Positions 12,785 to 23,064 of a stretch of DNA of 64,000 nucleotides are shown here, piece after piece (position 1 is the first letter of the stretch; each line of letters begins with the position of its first letter). This DNA comes from Mobula birostris (lineage: Eukaryota), in contig NC_092371.1 of NCBI RefSeq assembly GCF_030028105.1, forward strand, positions 14,343,884 through 14,407,883, given 5' to 3'. Position numbers and translations under genes: made by a program. The notes under the pieces were generated by a model. That model was not told the origin of the DNA. It searched no databases and worked only from the letters and a program-made list of their open reading frames with translations.

Positions 12785-13590
12785 TATGATAGGCGTGAGG
12801 AGGCCATTCGGACTGATCCGTCTACCCACAGTTAATTAAAAAAAGTTTAGCATCAGATTTTAACGAAACAATTTTTCGACGTTCTTTGCCGTTTCCTCGA
12901 TAGAATTTTACATTTCTTCCAGCCTCTGATACAAAGATTTCCATAACGGCACTCCTGAAACCCTGGCCGTGCATCCTCGTGTTCGAGGCTCCCCGACTAC
13001 TGCCACTAACATCTTATAAACAAATCATATCATCCTTTATTCTTCTAAGACCATGGCTGGTCCTTCCCCCACCTCCCCACCCCCACAGTCCTACTCCCTG
13101 ACCTACTCCCCGTAACCTTTGATGCCACAGCTGATCAAGCACCTATTAATTTCCGCCATAAATACACTCAACGACAAAACAAAGCCGCCCGTATTAACAA
13201 ATTCCGCAAATTTAGCGCCCACTAAAGAAATTCTCCGCATTTCTTTTAAATGGACGCTCCTCTATCCCGAAGCTCTGCCCTCTTGTCCTAGGCTCCCCCA
13301 CCAAGGCAAATATCCTTTCTACATCTACCATGTCTAGGCCTTTCAACATTCAAAAGCTTTCAATGAGATCCCTCCACTCATTCTTCTATATCCTGCGAGT
13401 ACCTGTCCAGAGCCATCAAACGTTCCTCATATGGTAACCCTTTCATTCACGGAATCATCCTTGTGAGCCTCCTTTGAACCCTCTCCAATACCAGCACATC
13501 TTTTCTTCGATAAGGAGCCAAAATCTGTTCACAATACTCAAGATGAGACCTCACCAGTGCCTTATAAAGCCTCAGTATTACATCCCTGCA
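12785..13590 (-). mobile_element. CR1 LINE 3' fragment
   Basis: Decayed RT C-terminus and 3' UTR homologous to 4375-5000. Confidence 0.8.
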
Positions 13591-14230
13591 GCGGTATTTC
13601 CAAACTTAAAGGGAATAGGAAGATCGTACTGGAATTTAAACACAGTTTGAGGAATGCTTCTTGTAAAGCATCTCAGGTAGACTTGGGTCAGATTATACTT
13701 GGAGATTTGTGAGCAGTTTCGGGCCCCTTATCTAGGAAGGAATGTGCTGACCTTGGAGAAGATGCAGAGAAAGTTGATGAGAATGATTCCGGGAATGAAA
13801 TGCTGAACGTATGAGGACCGTTTGATGGCTGGAGTTCTGGAGAATGAAGTGCAGTGGAGGATCTCAGTGAAAGATACTGAACAATGAAAGGTCCAGATAG
13901 TCTGGACGTGGAGATGATATTTCCTATAGTGGGAAAGTATAAGACCAAAGACACAGCCTCAGAATAGAGGGACATTCCATTAGAACAGAGAAATTTCTTT
14001 ATCGAGAGGGTGGTGAATCTATGGAATTCGTTGCCACGGACGATTGTGGAGGCATATTTAAAGCGGAGTTTTACTGGTTGCTGATTAGTGAGGACGTCAA
14101 AGGTTATGGGGAGAATGCAGAAGAATGGCGCTGTGAGAGGGATAATAAATTGGTCATAATGGAATAACGGAGCAAGCTCGCTGGGCCGAATGGCCTAATT
14201 CAGTTCCTGTGTCATGTGGTCTTACGGTTT
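13590..14230 (+). mobile_element. CR1 LINE 3' fragment (opposite orientation to its neighbour)
   Basis: Decayed YCVQFW-type RT C-terminus and CR1 3' UTR (gggccgaatggcctaatt). Confidence 0.8.
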
Positions 14231-14860
14231 TTGATTTAAAACCACGCTGTTTTCCCTCTCAGCCCAAAGATTTCTTGGTCAGATGCGGGCGTTTAACTTC
14301 TCCAAATGCCTTGGCTGTTGTCCAAACAGCGGTCTTTACCACTGAAGATTCAAGAGTCAAGACTGTTTATTGTCATTCTTCAGCTATATCGAACAAAAAT
14401 GATTGTTTTTTTCCGATCCGACGCAGCATAAAAACGCAATGGAAACACAAAGTACAATAAATATAGAGTCAATCCGATAAGACGCACTGCACAGTAAATG
14501 AGCTGCAGCGTAAGTTGAAACCAGAGGCGGAACAACCCCGAAAGTGACCGTTGATTACTGCAATACAGTTTTTTTTCTTATGTTACAATACATTTAATTT
14601 ATACAAAGGAAAATTAAAAAATGATAACACAGAGGAAAGCTTTGAGAAGAGATTCACCCAAACTATGCAAAAAGACTGTTCTTCACTTAAGGTTTGGAAT
14701 ATGCCAGAATCGCGACATCAATGTTAGTCCAACCTTCTATTGACGTATCAAAGGAGCCCGCACAAATTTTGTCAATCCAGCAGCGTCAGATGATTTGTTC
14801 AGTAGATTTTAGTGTGACCCTTGGTTCGGCCCATTTCTTCTTAATCCTTCAACCAGATTC

Positions 14861-14923
14861 TCATCTGAGGGGAGAGGCTGATGCACCGAACTCGAGAGAG
14901 GCGTAAACGATCGGCGCTTGGGA
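14861..14923 (-). CDS. Receptor exon 6: cytoplasmic ITIM exon [20 protein letters not shown]
   Basis: Acceptor tttgctatccatccag, phase 0. IVYASL fits the ITIM consensus (I/V/L/S)xYxx(L/V). TGA at 14863-14861. Confidence 0.8.
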   Translation of the reverse strand, partial: SQAPIVYASLEFGASASPLR

Positions 14924-17900
14924 CTGGATGGATAGCAAACATTGGCAATCAAAGATATTGAACAGCATGATCTACCATTTTGCAACAGTCACGACTGTGC
15001 CAACCTTGTGTGCATTTTTGGTCCTCTAATCTGAGGAAAGACATCCTTGCCATAGACTGGGTGAGCTAGGCTTGTACTCGTTGGAATTCAGAAAATTGAG
15101 GGGGGATCTGATCGAAACGTACAAAATCCTAAAGGGATTGGACAGGCTAGATGCAGGAAGATTGTTTCCGATGTTGGGGAAGTCCAGAACGAGGGGTCAC
15201 GATTTGAGGATAAAGGCGAAGCCTTTTAGGACTGAGATTAGGAAAAACTTCTTCCACAGAGAGTGGTGAATCTGTGGAATTCTCTGCCACAGGAAACAGT
15301 TGAGGCCAGTTCATTGGCTATATTTAAGAGGGAGTTAGATATGGTCCTTGTGGCTAGGGGGATCAGAAGGAAGGCTGGTGCAGGGTTCTGAGTTGGATGA
15401 TCAGCCATGATCATAATAAATGTCGGTGCAGGCTTGAAGGGCCGAATGGCCTACTCCTGCACCTATTTTCTATGTTCTATGTTTCTATGTTTTCTTCATC
15501 TGCACGATTACCCTTTAAATAACTGCAGCAGATTAGTAAAGTATGGCTTTATGTACCCAATCTCAAACATCCAATTTGTGAATCTTACAACGGGTTGCAG
15601 TCACCATACGTACCTGAGCCGCAGTACCGTGTACTTGGTGCGTCGCCAATTGACGATGGGTCCCTGTGCAATGAAAGAGCACGAATTGGAACAATTATTT
15701 GGTCTGGCCAACTTATAATTACTTACAGCAATGTCATATGTCAGCAATCCAAATATGACAGTAGTCCCCAATAATCCAGCTGTCGGGCTATGCGAAGTAT
15801 TTCAAATTCACCAATGATTCTATGCTGTGTTGTGACTTTCTTATTCATTTCCAAATATGACAATAACCCCCAACACGAGAATATTTCTCAGATACACAAA
15901 CCGCTCCGTCATGGAATCCGATGTGGCAAGCAGGTGCTATACCTTGGCCAAGGTTGACCTGCAAGCTAGCCGAGGGAAAGAGGGCCTTACACCGCCTTTG
16001 GTCGAGACGTATCTACACCCCTCCACCCAAAGTGAAAATATAACGATGGGAATAAACATTTTCACTGTACCATAACAACATATTCATTTGGTATAATACA
16101 TTGGTCTGAAACCAACCCGGAAATTTTACAAGGAAAAATAACTGAAATGACAAATATGAGAAAACACCTTGTACACTTGAACGTACTTAGATTAATACTA
16201 CCTAGGACAGTAGGAGGAAGAGGAATAACAGATATTAAAAACCTGCACAGCAGTTAGATAAAGCTTTTAAGCATATATTTTAGTCAACAAAAACAGGATT
16301 CAGTATCCACACTAGCATATGCAATATTGATGACAAGTATTGGGTGCATTACTAAACTTCAGTGAAAGCACAATTCAGAAAAATGAAAGAATTATCATCA
16401 CAAAAGAAAATGGTAACCACTGGAAGAGCATAACCCTCCATGGAAGACTTTCCATGATCCGAGCAGACCAGATGTCGACAAGGAAATTTCGAATGCCTGG
16501 CTCAGAGTTGAAGAACTCTTCCTTGTGCGAAGACAGGACCAGGTTGGTAACACAAAACATCAAAAATATATAATAAAGGACAAACAAATTCAAGACGATA
16601 AATTCAGAAAATTCCCGGAAAACCGGAAACAATCTAACCATAAGACTATAAGGCAGAGGAACAGAAATAGGCCATTCGGTCCATCGAGTCTGCTCCGCCA
16701 TTTTATCATGAGCTGATCCATTCTACCATTTAGTCCCACTCCTATGTTAACCCTCTCATTCCCGGAATCATTCTCGTGAATCTTCTGTGACCCTCTCCAA
16801 CGTCAACACATCCTTTCTTAAATAAGGAGACCAAAACTGCCCACAGTACTCCAAGTGAGGTCTCACCAGCGCCTTATAGAGCCTCAACATCACATCCCTG
16901 TCCTATACTCAATTTCTCTAGAAATGAATGCCAACATTGCATTCGCCTTCTTCACCACCAACTCAACCTGGCCACTTCTTTGCCCATTCTTCCAATCTAT
17001 CCAAGTCTCTCTGCAGACTCTCCGTTTCCTCAGCACTACCGGCCCGTCCACCTATCTTCGTACCGTCAGCGAATTAGCCACAAAGCCATCTATTCCATAA
17101 TCCAAATTATTGTTGTACAATGTAAAAAGAAGGGGCCCCAACACGGACCCCTGTAGAACACTACTGGTAACCGGCAGCCAACCAGAATAGTATCCCTTTA
17201 TTCCCACTCTCTGATTCCTGCCATTCAGCCAACGCCGTATCCACGTATGTAAATTTCCCGTAATTCCATGGGCTCTTATCTTGTTAGGTAACCTCATGTG
17301 TGGCACCTTGTCAAAGGCTTTCTGAAAATCCAAATATGCAACATCCACTGCATCTCCCCTGCCTAGCCTACCTGTAATTTCCTGAAAAAATTGTAATAGG
17401 TTTGTCAGGCAGGATTTTCCCTTAAGAAATCTATGCTAACGTATTACAGGATACTGCAGCAATTTAACTCAATTTGATTACTTATCCAGGCACAACTCAT
17501 AAAATCCAAAGTCATAAAAGACACTATACCCTACTCTAAATATAGGGCCAATTCAGTTTTAGAGTCAATGTCCGACAAATTATAATATGACCGATGCATT
17601 GTTAATGATCCATAATAGCTGCCTCTATTTTATATTACAGGGAAAAAAAAAAACAGGAAAGAACAACTTACTTAATAGATATAGTCATTCCAAACACACT
17701 TAACATCGAGAAATCTCAAAGTGAAAATCATCGGATATGTGTGGAATTAAAAGAGGAAATTGAAAGTGTATAGAACATGAACAGGGTATACGTTGTCCTA
17801 AAAGTGATATATACAACTTGTATCTCCCCAAAGTCTCTACACAGTTGGATTAAACTTTTAGGTCTGCACAGCAATATTTCTATAAACTTTCAGACAGCGA

Positions 17901-20441
17901 CAATAATAAACACCTCTAAAATAGTACAAAGTTCCTAGCAATTGAGGCTATGCTTGGCTATGTCCATACCTTGGGTTTTACCAGACTGATCCAGGAAAAA
18001 TAAATTCAGCAAGAATAATAATATGAGCAACATACACAGAGACACCGCTGATGGCGGAATTGAGACCTCAGACCCCTACCCTCTGAGATTTCAGTCCAAC
18101 TCTCCGCCACAACTCATCTCCGCTTCCTCCCTTCTCAACCCATTGGCAGCAATTATGCGAAAAGGCCTTGAAACGGTGACCACAGTAACTGTTAATAGTT
18201 ATATGGATATTTCTGGGAAAAGCCAGCCCTCACCTGATCTCCGCTCTTTAGAGATCCGAATAATAATTAGGATAACCAGGAAGACAAGGATCCCAAGGAG
18301 GATCGCTGTGGGAAGACACCAGCCTAGAGAAAGAGAATTGTTATTTGGTGAAATCACGGTTTCCAAGCACATTTTATTCTAGCTTTCATCTGGTTGTAAT
18401 ATAAATGATTTTACATCAGTGGATGCTCTTTTAATTATTTATTTATAACTCCTTGCTCTTTTAGTTTAGAAAGTTTTTGACTTCTGTTGCATGTCGTGCC
18501 CTGACCAACACACTACAACAAATTCCCAATACGTGTAAATGTAAACGGTGAATAAGTTTCACCTTTCATCCTCAAAGCATAATGTACAACCAGAAACCCA
18601 TGGCAACGTTAACCAAAGAACGACTCAGAGAATGGAATAACGCATGAGGCCATACGGCTCCTCCAGACGGTTTCTCCGCTTTGCCTCGCAGCCACCTTGA
18701 CTTTTCCAATCATTTCCCCAGTTGCCGTGTCTAATTCCCGGAAGTCTTTCCCAACCATACCCTGTGAGATCGTCACGGGCATCAAAGACTTAAGAAGGCT
18801 GTTCATCCCTAGCTGTTCAAAGGCCAGCCAATGGTGGAGATAAGCAGAGTCTTAAAAACGAATAAATACAAATTAATGTTGACTGTGACGTTATTGAACC
18901 AGCGAGTTATTCCAGCAGACATAAGACTGTAAGACATAGGAGCAAAATTAGACCGTTCGGCCCATCGAGTCTGCTCCGCCATTCCACCACAGAGGAGTAT
19001 CGATACTTTATGTATAAAATATAGCCTCACCTTGATCTGGTTCAATGGTGATATGGGACACGCTCTTGATTATCCTCTTTCCCGCACCCCCGAGTTGTGC
19101 GATACAGGTGCAGTCTCCGCCGCTCATCCACGTTTCCACTGGGACCGGCACCTGACTTCTAACGCTATAGCTCTGGTCTGGGTCAAGCCTGCCGGTATCG
19201 CTCCATCCTTCCATGATCTGTCCGGATATGTTCCAGTAAATGACAATATGGATGGAAGAAAGGCCGCCGACCAGACACACCAGGTGAACCGACCCGTTCT
19301 TCTCAGACGGCGGGACAAATACCAGCATGTAGGTCCGATTGGTGGAGCTGTCTGGACAGAGATTGGGACACCGTTAATCGCAGCTTCACATGAAGTACAT
19401 GGCGGAGTATAATCCCAGTGTCGAGTTCTCTTACCTCCAACCAGGAGTGTGGGTCCCTTCGCAAGCCGCGAATGCCTTCCAGAACAGTAGTAGGAACCCG
19501 AATCCTCCACACGGACGTCCCGGAGTACCAGCACTGATGTGCGATCGCCAGAGCCTTTTTTGTAAGTGGTCCGACAGCCGTTTTTTTTTGCATTCCGTGG
19601 ATTTGATCGCTACCGGGGGTTCGTCCGCACGCTGTCTGTACCAGAACACAGTGCTTGCGATCTCCACTCTGTACGTGAGTTCGCAGGAGAGTTCAACCAT
19701 CTGACCGATATCTGCGGTTACTACAGCTGGAATTTCAGAAAGCGGCTTGGGTTCTGCAACTGGAATTATTATCAGTTAATTGAAATTACCTACTACGGAA
19801 TCAAACAAAATCGGATTTGTCTTATTTGTTAAGGTATGTCAACAAAACCTAATGTTCGACCAGAAGGAAAATACATGTTAACTAGGTCAAAATTTTATGA
19901 GTTTTCCTTTATTCATTTACACGATGTGTAGCCGGCAAAATTAGTTTGTCCCTGGTTCCGCAGGTGACCTTAAATTGAGATGTTTGGTGACCATATCAGG
20001 CAGGGCCGCCAAACATTCTGCACTGGGTTTCGCGTTACATACGGGCACAGAGAATCAGTGCGCCAGATACGAATCACCAATAGAAAAGAGCGAGACTTAA
20101 CGAGAAAATTATTTAGAATTTATCTAGGTTGTTTTAGAATCAGCATTTATAGGATTCTAGCTTTGTAACCCAGATTTATATGATTCACTAAAATTTATTC
20201 CCCCACTCTCGTGTGATGTTGGATGCAGAGAGCGGGGCGAAAGTCGTGTGGGTAACTTAATCCCGATCATTGATCTGGTTTTATAACCGAGCAACATTTC
20301 CGCTGGGATAACAAACATGCATGAACCCGTTTCTCCCAACATTTCGGGCGATCTTCTTTTGAAGTTCTCAAGGCCGACTCACTCACCGCAAACACGAAAC
20401 ATTTGAACAGTAACGAACAGGGTCCAAGCTTCCATCAACAT
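14861..20441 (-). CDS. Non-rearranging VJ-C1-TM-ITIM immunoglobulin-superfamily receptor (PRARP/VJ-C1-like), 6 exons, about 300 aa after removing one A from an A9 run
   Basis: Minus-strand join(20441-20387, 19759-19435, 19351-19031, 18323-18234, 15663-15614, 14923-14861). All introns are GT-AG with compatible phases 1,1,1,1,0. The family name is an inference. Confidence 0.85.
14995..15490 (+). mobile_element. CR1 3' end inside intron 5 of the receptor gene
   Basis: ORF 15072-15269 ([19 protein letters not shown]) and (ttctatgt)n tail. Confidence 0.9.
15614..15663 (-). CDS. Receptor exon 5: cytoplasmic exon (G)[16 protein letters not shown]
   Basis: 50 nt between ctctttcattgcacag and GTACGT. 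Phase 1 in and phase 0 out exactly bridges exons 4 and 6. Confidence 0.7.
16040..17995 (+). mobile_element. Decayed R4/Dong-like non-LTR element (RT C-terminus and REL endonuclease) in receptor intron 4
   Basis: Fragments [18 protein letters not shown] (about 16190) and LIDIVIPN (about 17670). Interrupted by a CR1 insertion. Confidence 0.6.
16640..17432 (-). mobile_element. CR1 fragment nested in the R4-like element
   Basis: ORF 17052-17348 [17 protein letters not shown]...[10 protein letters not shown]. 3' tail at about 16640. Confidence 0.9.
18234..18323 (-). CDS. Receptor exon 4: transmembrane exon (G)[29 protein letters not shown]
   Basis: 90 nt between ttctctttctctag and GTGAGG, phase 1/1. 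About 20 hydrophobic residues followed by a basic stop-transfer sequence. Confidence 0.9.
19031..19351 (-). CDS. Receptor exon 3: C1-set Ig domain
   Basis: 321 nt, phase 1/1. VFVPPS...LVCLVGG...IYWNISG...YSVRSQV...W.SG..CTC has the Cys, Trp and Cys spacing of antigen-receptor C1 domains. Confidence 0.9.
19435..19759 (-). CDS. Receptor exon 2: V-set domain with fused J-like strand; +1 frameshift in the A9 run
   Basis: VELSC...VFWYRQ (frame 1) joins [14 protein letters not shown]...[10 protein letters not shown] (frame 2) if the T-run at 19581-19589 is 8 rather than 9. Exon length of 325 is 3n+1. Alternative acceptor at 19753. Donor GTAAGA. Confidence 0.85.
20387..20441 (-). CDS. Receptor exon 1: signal peptide [18 protein letters not shown]
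   Basis: ATG at 20441, 55 nt, phase-1 donor GTGAGT as in Ig/TCR leaders. Confidence 0.75.
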
Positions 20442-20469
20442 CTGGTCTCGGGCCGGTATTCGGCGGTGC

Positions 20470-20720
20470 TGTGATCGACTCCCAGGAGTCGGACTGCTTT
20501 CAGCCGCGGCTGTGTGCAGCCTCTTAGCTGCCATGGACACTGCTCGGTGCCGAAGTTCCGGGGCGGGGCCTATACATCCAGCCTGCGCAAAGTGTGTGTT
20601 GCACCAGGTTACTGCGTCTGCTCGTCACAAGATCAAACGGCTATGGAGAATTGTTCAGAAAGTCTGCCAAACAGAGCATGGTTTGAACATGGTTTCCGGG
20701 ATGTACACATGTGCATCGCT
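20470..20720 (-). promoter_or_regulatory. Putative CpG-rich, TATA-less promoter of the receptor gene
   Basis: GC box GGGCGGGGC at 20561-20569 next to an ETS-like CCGGAA, about 120 bp upstream of the ATG. Locally CpG-rich. Confidence 0.35.
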
Positions 20721-21079
20721 AACAAAAGCCGCATTAATTTCCTCTTGATTAAATTCCCGCAGAAGCTGGCGATGAGTCGACTGTGCGTACTTACTGCAGC
20801 CCCTGTTGGAAAGGTACCAGAGACATTAGAATCAGAGACATTGGCTGAACACAGATGTACAATATAGGGTAATTCAGGATTTGGAGGAGAACCTGCAGCG
20901 GTGTATTCCCGTCCCTGTTACACTTGAACTGCTTGCGCAGGGTTCAGCAAGAGCTGTTGGAGTTGTCTGGGAGGATAACTGCAGTCAATTTTGATGGGGG
21001 TACTTTACAATGAACAATACCGAGTTTGCCTTATCGGAACTGCAGCAACAGAGAGCAGCAGATAGTATTCCATTGGAGT

Positions 21080-21274
21080 AACACACATAAAAGTTGCTGG
21101 TGAACGCAGCAGGCCAGGCAGCATCTCTAGGAAGAGGTGCAGTCCTGACGAAGGATCTCGGCCTGAAACGTCGACTGCACCTCTTCCTAGAGATGCTGCC
21201 TGGCCTGCTGCGTTCACCAGCAACTTTTATGTGTGTTGCTTGAATTTCCAGCATCTGCAGAATTCCTGTTGTTT
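21080..21274 (+). mobile_element. Young Penelope-like pLTR insertion forming a 65-bp perfect hairpin with a hammerhead core in the loop
   Basis: Arms at 21080-21144 and 21173-21237. 17-bp TSD tagtattccattggagt at 21063-21079 and 21275-21291. Confidence 0.85.
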
Positions 21275-21469
21275 TAGTATTCCATTGGAGTCGTAACCTG
21301 TCTTAAGATAGAAATTTATGGTATTGTCAAAAAGTATTACTCGCTCTGGGATTCCAACCTCTGACATTTTCTTGCAGTTACTATATTCGTACAGCGAAAG
21401 GCGTTTATAATTAACGATGATTCCTACAGCGTTGTTGCAATGCTGAGGCTTTGTAAGGTCAGACAGCAA

Positions 21470-22030
21470 TTGGATTATTGTGAGTAGCTTTGGGCGCCTT
21501 ATCTCAGGGAGGACGAGGTTCCATTGGAGACGGTATAGAGCAGGTTCACCAGGTTGACCTTGGGAATGATAGAGCTAGCATCTGAAGAGCATTTGATGGC
21601 TCTGTGCTTGTACTTACAGGACTTTAGAAGATGGTGCTGGTGGTGGTGGGGTGGTGTGGCATCTCATTAAACCCAATGGAATATTGAAAGGCCGATTCAG
21701 AGTGGAGGTGGAGACGATGTTTCCAACTGTGGGAGAGTCTATGACCAGAGGGCACAACCTTAAAATAGTATGACGTCCCTTCAGAACAGTGATAAAGAGG
21801 AATTTGTTCGCAAGAGGGTGGCGAATCTGTGAAACACATTGCCACAGACGGCTGTGGAGGCCAAGTATTGGATGTATTTAAAGGGAAGATTGATCAGTTC
21901 TAGATTGGTCAGGGCATCAAATGTTTCAGGGGAAAGGCAGGTTCAATGCGAAATAAATCAGACATGACAGAATAGTGGATCAGGCTCGATGCGCTGAATA
22001 GCCGAATTCTGTTCCTATGTCACATGGCTA
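21470..22030 (+). mobile_element. CR1 3' fragment
   Basis: Decayed RT C-terminus and CR1 3' UTR. Confidence 0.75.
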
Positions 22031-22809
22031 CAGGATTACGCAGGATTCGTTGAAGTGATATTAAATATGGATGCAGATCCTGTTGGGGTGGCCAGTGCCC
22101 CAAGAATATGTTCATCCGGTTTTATACTTCTATTTATTTAATTAGGATTGAATGTTGTTCACATTGCACTTCTCGTGTTCACAGAATGTAACTTAGGGCA
22201 CAGTATACGAGGTTAATTTCCACAAATATGCTCGTTGTGGGCTGCAGTGCCTTCAATGTGACATATAACATTAATGCTGAGAGGCTGACCTTTGGGCAGC
22301 AGCGTCCAAGCTACGAAAACAGGAAACCCACACAGAAGTTCTAATTCGGTCACTTTTTCCACCTTAACCGTTAACTGTTGCACCAACTGTTTACCAGCAT
22401 TTGAAGTGTCTGAAATTAAAATAGGTGCATTGTGAGTGAGTCTGCCTACGATTTCCACAGTAGCTGTTTACTGGACGTCTATGATGACAGCACGTCCTGC
22501 TGCCTTTGTATCAGGGTCTGATTCATTTCCTGTTACTGAAGGACAATTCTCTCTCGAGCACCGATCTGGTTATGGGACAACACTGCTATTTCGGTCCAAA
22601 ACCAGCAGTTGTGCTTTGAATTGAAAATTAAGTCCATTTCACTCTTTGTCCCTTATCAGTCCTCAGTTTTAATTAAGGGCATCGGCCCGAAACCTTAACG
22701 GTTTATCTTTGTCCAAAGAATCTGCCGGAATTCTGAGTTTTTAAGAATTTGGTGAGTGTAGTCTGAAAGTTCACTTCCTCTCATAAGGGCGCCCTAGTGG
22801 CGACTCTTC

Positions 22810-23060
22810 TTCTTCTTAACCCCTACTGCATTATAGGCCGCTGACAGCATCTTTACAGAATCCTTTTTCCTGTGCCAGTCTTTCAAATTGTCCCGAGGCG
22901 GAGCCCACCTGCGAAGAACTTTGACCACCCGCGATGACCTTTGCCCACCCATGGATGTGGCCTTTGGGGCTTCAGTTGGCGTATCTGTAGGTATGTGTTT
23001 TTACGGGATGGGGTTGTTAGTCCCATGTCCAAACCTCAGCCTTTCGCAACCGGGCGTGAG
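22810..23060 (-). mobile_element. Probable RTE-clade LINE 3' fragment
   Basis: Short (aag)n-type tail and 3' UTR-like sequence, recognised by eye. Confidence 0.4.
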
Positions 23061-23064
23061 GCCG

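Noticed and set aside
19390-19704. Plus-strand ORFs overlapping the receptor exons (also 19032-19412 and 18023-18382)
   Set aside because: Antisense shadows of GC-rich coding exons on the minus strand.
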